A stretch of DNA of 32,000 nucleotides from a cyanobacterium endosymbiont of Epithemia turgida isolate EtSB Lake Yunoko. Lineage in GTDB: Bacteria; Cyanobacteriota; Cyanobacteriia; Cyanobacteriales; Microcystaceae. Where the stretch lies: positions 2,700,001 through 2,732,000 of the forward strand of contig NZ_AP012549.1 of NCBI RefSeq assembly GCF_000829235.1. Direction: 5' to 3'. The notes under the pieces were generated by a model that was not told the origin of the DNA, ran no database searches, and was given only the letters and a program-made list of their open reading frames with translations. The translations under genes and the position numbers were made by a program. This document shows positions 8,221-18,865 of the stretch, one piece after another. Position 1 is the stretch's first letter. Each line of letters starts with the position of its first letter.

Positions 8221-11050
8221 AATGATTAAACTAACGGTGGTAAATCAGGTAGATTAAAGAATGACTAAATATAATTTTAGTTACTATTGCAACAATAATT
8301 TAGATTAACTTATAGTTAATCAATGCTAATACATTCAGATCTGGTTAAACTCTATTTTTGTTCTTTAACTCCAATTACAAGCGATTTTTCGGGTATACAA
8401 CTAAAAAAATTTTATTCTTCCTCTACTATGTATCTAGGTCACTAGAACTCCTATAACAGTCTAAACTTTTTCAAATACCTCTCGTCATACTCCCTCACTT
8501 CATCAATAGTTAACTACCTCAAGCTGTACAGGCTCCCTTTACTTTTAAAGAACTCATGCCTCTTCGTTAGCAAGGTAAGTAACATCGCTTTTTAAAGCCG
8601 TACTTTTTATAGGATAAATAGGTTTTTAGAAAATTCACTCAATTATCTTGATGTCAATAAACTACCCATCATTATTGAGATAACGTTCAATGGTTTGAAA
8701 GAATCTTCCCCCGGTGAGCATAGTCCAGAAGTTATATGCCAAAACCTAGGTCATATAAAGCTAGCGGATAATAATATTTAATATTGTCCTACTCAAAGAA
8801 AATATACTCATCGGCTAATGTATTTCATTCAAGCCCTATCATGAACAGAACTTACTCCTTTGCACAAAAATAACTCGTTGTAATGACCCGTACCACAGGG
8901 CAAAGATAATAGCCTATTCCTTAATATAAAAGGTATTATCGAGCAATCCTCTAAAAGAATAATGTTCTACTAATTTCTGCTAACCTACTAGCTTAGCCAT
9001 CTTAAGATGTCTGGACTAAACTATCGTATTTTTTTTAGTAGTTGGTATCATGTTTGCTGATTTCAGTAAATGTTTATATCTTTTAATTATGTATGAAGAT
9101 AAGTGTTTTATAAACTTTTAAAGAAAGTATTCAGTTATCTAGCAAAGTATTCAAGTTTAAGTATGATTTATTTGCGTTGATAAAACACCGTTCAAAGTAG
9201 TTTAAATCTAAAATAGTTGAAGGTAAAAAGTATGAACACTAATCTAAGTATTAATACTTTATGGGAATCAAGTTCCTAAACTCAAGCAGATATTATCCTC
9301 AGAAAAGAATTCGAGATAATCAGATATCAAAAAAGATTGATATTGGATAGTATGAAGCGTAAGTTGTCGAAATAAATGCCACATTAGTTACTTTAATCCC
9401 CTGTAGCACTAGTCCAACTTCATCTCCTATCACCTCCTGTACTAAGGTTTTCTGAGCAACTAGACTATCAAAATTGCTTATGTGCATAATACTTATGTTG
9501 ATAGCTCATAAAACTGAAATTAAGTATTTTTCCTGGAGAATTATTAAAACGGCTGCATCTCAAAGTGAATAGTAGGGATAATCAATACCATCTTCAGAAA
9601 AAGATAGTATCAGAGTTAGTACAATAACTTGTGAAGGGTTTTTGCCAAAACATTGCCAATAGTCGCATCAAAAAAGTCATCGTTTAATGCGACTATCTTT
9701 TTTTAAATCTTCTGGTCCCGCAGGGAAGTTTTGCCGCACCGCAGTACATTGGAAGCAATCAACTGGAGGACAACCGCAAAGGAGTGACCCCATGGCAGGC
9801 AAAACTGCTTTAATACTTTAAAGTTGACCGACGCACTTGCTAAAGCTAAAATAGTATATTTTTTAAATAGCCAATGACATTGATAGAAAGTGAGCTGTTA
9901 GGTATTGAATTTCTCTATGATATGGAAATTTTGTGGATTCAAAACCCTCAATTCAGTTAAAATATTCTAAAAAAGAGCAATAAGTTCCGTCAATAGCAAA
10001 ATTTTACTTAATTTAATAATAACAGAAGTAGTTGATTATAGCGTTAATATCACTCCTAGAATGTTCAGTTAAGACAATCGTAAAATAATAAGATTTAAAT
10101 AAAACCTGAAGAGCGTAAAAACAACTATATCCCAGAAAAAACGGCAAATAACAACTAAAGGCTCTTGGCTATTTTTTGTATGGTGAACACCAAGGAAAAT
10201 TTTGGGGTTTAGACTGCGATAGCGTAGGACAAAAGTATCTCGATTGTCAATTATGTTTGAGTTCTTCTGGAAGACTTTTAGGTAATGTTTAATTCATGTG
10301 TTAAATAAATTTCTTCCTATTCTCAATTTTGAAGATATCTCACAAAAATTGTTCGGCAACGTGAGAATAAACATGGAGATGTTGCTTTGACAGATGTCGA
10401 ACTTGTAGAGTCAAGAAAAAAACTATAGAGTTTAAGGTCTTTATATAATTTGGCAGTGTTGGTAGACTATTCTAAATCCATGACTTTATATTGCAAAACA
10501 CCAATTTTTAAGATAAGTTTCACGGCGGCTGAAGCTGGCAAAAGTTTCCTTTGGTCCTGAAAAAACCTAAGGATCGATAACCCTCCCTATCGATTTTAGA
10601 GATCAGGGGCAACAACTTTCGAAAAGATTTTATAGTGGTATGAATATATGAATAAAGAATAAGTTATAGATAGCCTTGAGAGGATGAAGTCTCCATGATG
10701 TAAAAAGAAAAAAATTAGCAGAGTTTGAAATTGCTTCTACATTCGTTACCATTCCTTATGGACTTCGTTGCTTCTTTATCGCAGCTCATCCTTATCCTCA
10801 CTTTTAGCTTATACTACTTTTATTTTGGCTCCTTTAGGTGTATTTAGAATACAGCTCTGTTAAGGTAAACAATAGAATAACTTTAGATACTATTTATTCC
10901 CGACAAGTGAAAGTAAATTCAACAATCTATATGACTAAAAGTTGTGTACTTAGTAATCCCATTGTAACAACCTTAATCCCTTGATGATATAAATCTACAG
11001 AGGTAATGATAAAATAAAATGAGGATTTGTATTGTTACAATAGGAAACCA

Positions 11051-11818
11051 TTGGTGCTATATTCTCTCATTGTTGACTTTCGCATCATCTTTGAGCGTGA
11101 CCCCGCAGCCCGTAATTGGTTAGAGGTTCTTGTTTGTTATCCAGGTTTGCAAGCCTTAGTTTGTCATCGCTTTGCACATTCCTTATATTGCCTTGGCCTT
11201 CCCTTCATTCCCAGATTTATTTCCCATCTAGGTCGCTTTTTGACCGGAATTGAAATTCATCCAGGAGCGAAAATTGCCCAAGGAGTGTTTATTGATCATG
11301 GGATGGGAGTAGTGATTGGGGAAACCGCTGTTGTTGGGGATAATAGCTTGATTTATCAGGGAGTTACCTTAGGGGGAACCGGTAAAGTAACAGGCAAACG
11401 TCACCCCACTCTTGGTAAGAATGTAGTAGTTGGGGCGGGTGCTAAAATTCTCGGTAATTTAACAATTGGTAATAATGTCCGCATTGGTGCAGGATCAGTG
11501 GTGTTACGGGATGTTCCTTCCGATTGTACTGTGGTTGGAATTCCAGGGCGCATCATTTATCAATCAGGAGTTCGAGTTAATCCTTTAGCTCATAATAATC
11601 TTCCTGATTCAGAAGCTAAAGTAGTACGATTGCTGCTAGACCGTATTGAATCCTTAGAACGGGAAGTTCAAGAATTAAAGCAAGATTTTAAAAAAGATAA
11701 ATCTAGAGATTGGGATTTGGTAACTACTGTAGTGGACTCATCTTCTTTTGTTCCTAGTCAAAGTTGTCATTTAAGTAACAAAGAGATTGAAGAGTTTCTC
11801 GACGATGTAGGACAATAA
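11051..11818 (+). CDS. cysE: serine O-acetyltransferase
   Basis: ORF track 11027..11818 (TTG). Conserved sequence begins near [28 protein letters not shown] 11051 or GTG 11054, preceded by agga, is a more plausible start. Hexapeptide-repeat region [26 protein letters not shown]...[25 protein letters not shown]. Confidence 0.9.
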   Translation: MVLYSLIVDFRIIFERDPAARNWLEVLVCYPGLQALVCHRFAHSLYCLGLPFIPRFISHLGRFLTGIEIHPGAKIAQGVFIDHGMGVVIGETAVVGDNSLIYQGVTLGGTGKVTGKRHPTLGKNVVVGAGAKILGNLTIGNNVRIGAGSVVLRDVPSDCTVVGIPGRIIYQSGVRVNPLAHNNLPDSEAKVVRLLLDRIESLEREVQELKQDFKKDKSRDWDLVTTVVDSSSFVPSQSCHLSNKEIEEFLDDVGQ

Positions 11819-13594
11819 TTGTTCTTAAAAAAATTAAAATTACTCTAGTAAACACAGAAATATGGCAAAGAATTTGAGGCATAAAAAATAGAAGTATTGT
11901 CAACAAATTTTAATTTTGTAAGTGGCGAACAGAATTGTAGTAAATTCAATTCTTTTTCATAAAAGTTTGTATAAAAACAGGTTTTTTATTTCAAAGCCTA
12001 GCAATTCATATGATTGTCATCCCATCTATCGTAATTTCTTTTGCAGAAGTTATCCGAGGAAACGGTTGTTGATTGCTTAAGTTTGTAAGTTTTGTATTTC
12101 TGCTTCTACTGAATTTAGAATAGTGAGCTGATAGGTAGGAATAGAAAACAGGGAATAAAAAACAGTTAAGAAAGAAAAATCAAAAAAAAGTAAGATATTA
12201 ATTATTCCAAAGACTTAATAATTTGGAGTTTAGTAAAAAGGCATAAGTCTCTCCGAAAAGTGAGATTTACTCACTAAAATCTTTCCTAAAAAAATATACA
12301 GTTTTATTTAACAATTTAGGAGGAGAATCATCTCAATTTAAGCTAGAATAGCATAGAAATAATGGAAGATAATATAAGAAAAGAAAAAATACTTTTTAAA
12401 CAAAAGTACAAGATTGAGTAAATGAAGAACAAAACTTATCTTTTTTTCTCCAAAGGTAGGACTATACTCGAACAAAGAAGTATAAATAATTCTTTCTTTA
12501 TTGAAGGAGGAAAGTATAATTATCATTAATTTTATCGAAAAACTAACAAGTTAAAATTTGTTCTCCGTTTCCTACTCTGACTTTTCAAGTGTTATTATTA
12601 CATAATTTGTTCAAGAGAACCGTATTTTCAATAAACTTGATTAGTAAAATAAAGATCTAAAATAAAAAATTATACCTAACAAAAAGAGCATTATAAGAAG
12701 TACAAAAATAATTAAATAAAATTGTATAATATACTTGGTATCAAAAATATAATAAAAATCATGAGATACTGGTATTTAATTTATGAGACAAATAATAAAT
12801 TATATGAAATAAAAATTAAAGATTTAAATCCTGTTGATAATAAATTAATTATAGACACTGTAGTAGTATAAATTTAATTTTTAAAATTAAAGAAGAAATC
12901 TATTAATTGAATGCTAAACACGGGACTTTTGAAAGTGTAGTAAGCACACATTTTAATGAATCTAAATGTTCTTAAATTAGACTCATTAACATGTAAACTA
13001 CAAAATGTGTTTATGTAAAAAAAGTGTATTTAGATATTAAGAGCACTATTATTGTATTAATAAATGTATTACAATACAGTCTAATTTGGAAGTAAATCAT
13101 AGTCAGATAAAAGGTATTTTGGGTATATACGCGCGGGAATATATTTATCCACAGCATAACCCAGTTTTAAACTTATTTTTGTTTCCTAGATAAATGTAAT
13201 TTTAAATAGTATAAAATTGTCTAATATTTTTTTTGATACATTTTTATGTTACCATCGATTTTATTCAGGGTTTCATAAAAAGACAATATTGTAAATATAA
13301 CAAAATTAACAATAAAAAACATCTAAAGAAGAAGCATAAATAATTATTACAATTAAATTGTAATAAAAAAAATCTTGTCAAAAAAATGGTTGAACAAAGA
13401 TATTCTAACAACTTTAAGATAAGAAAAGGTAAAAATCACTTCAAAGGTCATCAGTTTCGATTGAATAATTAATGTTGACTGAGTCTGTGGTAGTAATAAT
13501 AAACTTTTTTTCTTTCCTCATTAGAGATTTGTCATGTATTGTATCCTACCAAAAGTATTATTTATATTTAGGAAAAATTTAATTTTTAGTGACT

Positions 13595-14212
13595 TTACGG
13601 ATTACCCCAAAACTGTGTACATTGATACCCTAATTCTTCTAACATCTGTCTGAGCAAAGGAAGACTTAAACCAATGACATTACTGTGACACCCTTCGATT
13701 TTATCAATGAATAAACCCCCTTTTCCATCTAAGGCAAAACATCCAGCACACTCGAGCGGTTCTCCACTATCAACATAAGCTTCAATAGAAACATCATTTA
13801 AATTAGCAAAGTAAACCTGGGTGATACCGCAACGAATCAAAGTTTTTTGTTGTCTTTGATCAAAAATTGTATGACCAGTATACAATGTCCCTTGGTTTCC
13901 CCGTATTGTTCGCCAACAGATGATCGCTTCTTCAGACGAGTTAGGTTTTCCGTAAATTTCTCCCCGCACTACTAATAAAGAGTCACACCCTAAAATTAGG
14001 CAGTCTTGAAAATAAGGGGCAACAGTTTTAGCTTTATAGTGAGCTAAGGTTTGGACTAATTCTATAGGATCTTTGCATGTTATTTGGGATTCGTCAAACT
14101 CACTATGACGGACAATCGGATCAATCCCAACGGTTTGTAATAGTTTTCGACGTGCTGGAGATGCAGAAGCTAGGACAAAATGAGGAGGAGTTAGAAACGA
14201 AGATACAATCAT
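13595..14212 (-). CDS. maf: Maf-like nucleoside triphosphate pyrophosphatase
   Basis: 205 aa with [20 protein letters not shown] and [10 protein letters not shown]...[11 protein letters not shown] blocks typical of Maf/YhdE. Confidence 0.9.
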   Translation of the reverse strand: MIVSSFLTPPHFVLASASPARRKLLQTVGIDPIVRHSEFDESQITCKDPIELVQTLAHYKAKTVAPYFQDCLILGCDSLLVVRGEIYGKPNSSEEAIICWRTIRGNQGTLYTGHTIFDQRQQKTLIRCGITQVYFANLNDVSIEAYVDSGEPLECAGCFALDGKGGLFIDKIEGCHSNVIGLSLPLLRQMLEELGYQCTQFWGNP

Positions 14213-16375
14213 TCTTTATAGTAAATAAGATACAAAATATTTTCTAAAAAATATTAAAGTTACCAATCGGTAGGAAATTTAATAAATATGTAAATTAGTT
14301 TCCTCTTGAAAAAGTTTTATTTGATTTAATTTTTATCTAATTTGCAATAATTTATTAGTTTTACCCTACCAACACAAAAAATTATACCTTAGAACAAGCC
14401 GATTATAACTAAAAACTAAAAATGTTTTTTTCTGTTCGATAGCTTATTGTTTTTTGTCACTATTGTTGTTACTTTCAGTATTGAGTTACTATTAAATTTT
14501 CATGATATATCTCGTTTATTCAATAATTTTAATTTAAAAATTAAGCTAATCAATATAAGAATAATTAGATGCCGTTTTATTTTTGTTTACTACATTTAAG
14601 CATTGTTGAACAATGGAGAGATTAAAAGTGAGAAAAATTCCTCGACTAATAGAAATAGTAGTAATACTATGACATTACTCCTCATTATGGAATTTAATTT
14701 TGTATTATGTAATACATTAGTTTTCTTCTGAGCTTTTCTCTCTTCAGCATTAATGCAATTAGTTTCTCGGTTGATATCAGAGATTTGATGAATTTGGGAT
14801 AAAAATCGATAACAAACATTTGTGGAAGTTACTACATTTATTTGCCTTATTTAGCTCTTGTTTTCAACAAAAATGCTAATAATTATACCGAGGTTATTCA
14901 TACGTTAAATAAAATTTAAAAACACTATATCTACTTTTTTATGGATGTTGTTTACGTTAATTTTAGCTAAGTTACTGAAATAGTTTGAAATTAATTTTAT
15001 TTATTTTAGTACTATAATTTTATATACTTAATGTGGGTTAGGTTGCAAACTAAAATATAAATTTTATGGCAAAATATAATTATATATATTAAAATATATT
15101 ATAAAAAAATATAAGATAATTTTCAATTGATTAATAAAAAATAGTTGATCAGGTTTTTGTTATAGATATTTATGCTCTTGAAAACCTATTTTATGATCTA
15201 GTATTCATCTAAAGTCACTATAAACAAAAATGTTTACAAGTATTGTTCTTGAATATTCAGTTGATATTAACTATTAGTTGGTCACTGTATTCTTTTTTAA
15301 AATTTTATCATAAATATAATCAGATCAGAAGTTTATTCTATTAAAATTGTTATTTTATAATTTGCCTTAGTAAAAATATTAAAACAATACCAGTAAGCAT
15401 CTCCTGCTATTCGATTTTTACCACAATAAATCTTCACTTTTTTGGAGATTGTATCCTAAAAATTTGTGTTAATTATCTTTGCTTGTGTAGTTAAAATAAT
15501 CGAACTAATTTGTATGTACAAACAATAATATTGTTTGAGCGATTGGTATCAACTAACTAAATCCCTTGCTCAGAAAACAAAAACAAAGATATAATGGTTT
15601 ATCGAAGTTTATAATATAGTCATTGTAGACTATACATCGAAGATACGCAACAATATAATTTTGGGGTTACCCATGTGCAAGCTGATAATAGTGAGTTATT
15701 TTAAATTCATAATCTCGTTGATTAAACTGAGTTAAGCATCCGATACTATCAGTATAAATTAAGTAAAAATTTCAAGCCAGTTTATATAACTTAATTTATA
15801 CGTAAAATACTATCTTTTTAAGGAAAAATAGTTTTTAATAAGCCCATGATTGAAAATCAAACTCTTTCTTTATATTTTTAATTTTTACATAACAGGTTTA
15901 GTAGAACTAAAATATCACAAGGTTTTAAATTTAGTTCAAACATTATTAAAATATCTATATCACTTTCATGATTCACCTTCTTATTAAGAAATAATATAAA
16001 TATTCCGAATTGAGCTATTACCTTAATAATTTAATTATTAAAAAATAATTAGTAGCTATAACTTCTAATAGTTTTACTTTGCATGTGGATTATAACTCCC
16101 AAAAATTATTTTTTAAAAAAATAACCCTTCGCCAAAGTAAGAATTTAAGCTTTTGTTTATTATAATTTAGTTATAGCCAGTCTAGAAGAGTCAATTAAAC
16201 TAAGTTTGAGTTAATTATATTGAGGTAAAATCTGACTATCTCCTACCTAATGGTTAGGTTATAGCAACTCGCATACTTATGATATATAAAGTTTTTTATT
16301 TTTTGTAAACGTCGAAACAAAGAACAAATCAAAGTTTACCTAATAAGTCTAAAAAATCCTTTAATTAATTAGAAA

Positions 16376-17419
16376 TTAAACCAATAATAAATTTTTATTT
16401 TCCGAATTATCTGAGAGTAATCCAGTAAGTAAAGAAGCAGGAGGTTCTTTATGAGGCCAAGCAAACGCATGACGAAAAGCTGAATCTTGACAAGCTTGTA
16501 ATTGGTTAAAATCAATAACATCTTGAGTCAATAGATTTTCGTATTCAAAGGGGAGACGGACATTATGTAATCCGGCATTATCTGTACAAATTGCAATATC
16601 AACTCCTGCTTCAAAACAACGATCAAAGATAATTTTTAATTCTTTTAAATTTTCTAGTGTTCCTGTCTTTAAATAAGTGGTAGGACATACTTCTAAACAT
16701 TGTTTTGATTGAGCAATTTCTGATAATAATTCAGGATATTTTAAAGGTATTTGAATCCCGTGACCAATGCGCATTAGATAAGGGAGAAGTTCTCGATAAC
16801 AACCATCTGGGGTTTCGTAAAGGTGTCCAGTAGTTTTTAACCCTAAAGAATGAGCATATTGATACAAACGAATAAACTCTCCTAATCTTTCTCCGTAATG
16901 AGAGTCTCCTCCTGCTATATCAACAGCGCAGACATAATCTTTTGTATTAGCTGCCAAATCAATAATTGCTTTATTAACTTCATAGGGTAAACGGGAATGC
17001 ATACAAAGAATCTGGCTAATAATAATCGGATATTCTTTAACTTGAGTCGCTTTTCCAACAATTTCAACAATATTTCTCATGCTGTCAATACGTTTCGATT
17101 GGTTCAGATGGTCGGGGGTCCGTAAATAAGGGGTGTAGCGCAACTCCAGATAGGCTAAATTCTCAAAAATATAAGCCCCTCGAATCAATCGATAAATAAA
17201 ATAGGGAAGGGTTTGTTCGGTTTGAACCTTTTCGACAAGAGTGTGTAACTCTAGATATTCATCGAGGGTATTACGTTTACGGGTGTAAAATTTTTCAAAT
17301 TCTGGATATTCAGGAAATAGCCGTGCCATTTCTAAGTCATGGCGTTTAAAATATCGCCAGAGAATGCGAGGAACCACAGATCCTCCTAAATGACGATGTA
17401 AGTCCGCGTATAGAGCCAC
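16376..17419 (-). CDS. add: adenosine deaminase family protein
   Basis: 347 aa with the N-terminal metal-binding signature ADLHRHLGGS, then HSLGLKTTGHLYE and ICTDNAGL (TDD-like) blocks of the adenosine/AMP deaminase superfamily. Confidence 0.85.
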   Translation of the reverse strand: MALYADLHRHLGGSVVPRILWRYFKRHDLEMARLFPEYPEFEKFYTRKRNTLDEYLELHTLVEKVQTEQTLPYFIYRLIRGAYIFENLAYLELRYTPYLRTPDHLNQSKRIDSMRNIVEIVGKATQVKEYPIIISQILCMHSRLPYEVNKAIIDLAANTKDYVCAVDIAGGDSHYGERLGEFIRLYQYAHSLGLKTTGHLYETPDGCYRELLPYLMRIGHGIQIPLKYPELLSEIAQSKQCLEVCPTTYLKTGTLENLKELKIIFDRCFEAGVDIAICTDNAGLHNVRLPFEYENLLTQDVIDFNQLQACQDSAFRHAFAWPHKEPPASLLTGLLSDNSENKNLLLV

Positions 17420-17681
17420 AAAAATCTCCTGATAGATTGAGTTAAGATTATTCTAGTGTGTCTAAAGCTAGATTAGGTTAATTTCTGCCAAATTATTCAG
17501 ACAATTTAATTACAATGTTCCTAGTCCCTACAATTCAAGAAACAAAGATAAAAGCTTATCCCACATCAATTTTCAATATTAGACATTATTATTAATAATA
17601 AAACCAATAATTTAATTAATAATGGTAAATCATTTATTTTTTACCTGGTATATAATTATTAACAAATGACTATTATTCTAG

Positions 17682-17721
17682 CTCAAACAATTTATAGTAT
17701 AGATACTATAAATTGTTTGAG
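17682..17721. promoter_or_regulatory. perfect 19-bp-arm palindrome immediately upstream of thiL
   Basis: ctcaaacaatttatagtat (17682-17700), ag, atactataaattgtttgag (17703-17721). The arms are exact reverse complements. The right arm ends 7 nt before the thiL ATG (17729) and overlaps the purine-rich gaggga putative ribosome-binding site. Confidence 0.6.
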
Positions 17722-17728
17722 GGAAAAA

Positions 17729-18727
17729 ATGAAATCCAACCAATCTGTCAACGATATTGGTGAACAGGGGTTATTAAAAAAACTTCAGCCCTTTTGTTCT
17801 AAAAATATTATCGGGGATGATGGAGCGGTTTTATCGGTCAACTCTCAAGAACAATTAGTAGTAACTACTGACGTTTTAGTAGATGGGGTTCATTTTAGTG
17901 ATCAGACTACTCCTCCTGAAACCGTAGGATGGCGTGCTGCGGCGGCTAATTTATCTGATTTAGCCGCAATGGGAGCCACTCCCATTGGCATTACGGTAGG
18001 ATTATCTTTACCAGGGGAGTTGAGGGTAACTTGGGTAGAAAAGCTTTATCAAGGATTAACCGATTGTTTGCAACGGTATAAAACCCCCATTGTTGGTGGC
18101 GATATCTGTCGTTCCCGGGTCGCTACCATAAGTATCACGGCTTTTGGAACTGTTGTGCCTCACCGTGTTATTCGTCGTTCTTCAGCTCAACCTGGAGATG
18201 CTATCCTGATGACAGGAACTCATGGGAAATCTTATAAAGGATTACAATTATTGCTCAATCCAGAATTAGGCAAAAATCTCTCCCAATCTGAACTAAACGC
18301 CTTAATCGAAGCCCACCAACGCCCCAGTCCTCGCTTAGATGTCCTTCCACTGCTTTGGGAAATAATGGAAACAACATCGGTGGCCGGAATAGACACTAGT
18401 GATGGGTTAGCTGATGGAGTTCTGCAAATCTGTTGTATGAGTGGAGTGGGAGCAAGACTAGATCGCTCGCAAGTTGCGTCTCCTCCAAATTCATTACTAT
18501 GGATGTCACCAGAAGAAGCTTTATATTGGACTTTGTATGGGGGAGAAGATTTCGAATTAGTTCTTTGTCTACCCTTAGAATTGGCCGAAAAATTAGTGAA
18601 TCGGTTAGGAAATGGGGCTGCTATTATTGGAACAATTACAGAAGAAATAAACGTGATTTTAGTTGATAATCAAGAACGACATCCTCCCCAACAATTAACT
18701 CTATCTAAAGGTTTTCAGCACTTTTAA
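17729..18727 (+). CDS. thiL: thiamine-monophosphate kinase
   Basis: ORF track 17666..18727. Conserved sequence starts at the internal Met (MKSNQSVNDIGEQGLLKKL). AIR-synthase-like blocks IGDDGAV, TTDVLVDGVHF, AANLSDLAAMGA, GGDI and DTSDGLADG. Confidence 0.9.
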   Translation: MKSNQSVNDIGEQGLLKKLQPFCSKNIIGDDGAVLSVNSQEQLVVTTDVLVDGVHFSDQTTPPETVGWRAAAANLSDLAAMGATPIGITVGLSLPGELRVTWVEKLYQGLTDCLQRYKTPIVGGDICRSRVATISITAFGTVVPHRVIRRSSAQPGDAILMTGTHGKSYKGLQLLLNPELGKNLSQSELNALIEAHQRPSPRLDVLPLLWEIMETTSVAGIDTSDGLADGVLQICCMSGVGARLDRSQVASPPNSLLWMSPEEALYWTLYGGEDFELVLCLPLELAEKLVNRLGNGAAIIGTITEEINVILVDNQERHPPQQLTLSKGFQHF

Positions 18728-18865
18728 TTGTTGTAAATTCTCTAGTTTAAGTTGAGATAAAAGACTAATAGTGATATTTTCCACCAGTACAAAAAAATTG
18801 AAGAACGAACATAAGAAAAATAAATTAGTGATAAATAAATAAGCAATTTTTCTTGGAGTTATCTA

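Noticed and set aside
9705-9815. Possible cobalamin riboswitch, suggested by AGGGAAG and a GCCGCACCGCAGTA stretch loosely resembling the cobalamin riboswitch core.
   Set aside because: The B12 box (AGYCAGGANGACCUGCC-like) and the GGUG..AAUCC element are absent, the proposed pairings do not fold into the known architecture, and no plausible regulated gene follows. I kept it only as an unexplained GC-rich island.
12338-12526. 62-aa ORF in the cysE-maf desert.
   Set aside because: The reading is low-complexity and F/I/L/K/Y-rich, typical of random AT-rich sequence. It has no ribosome-binding site or motif.
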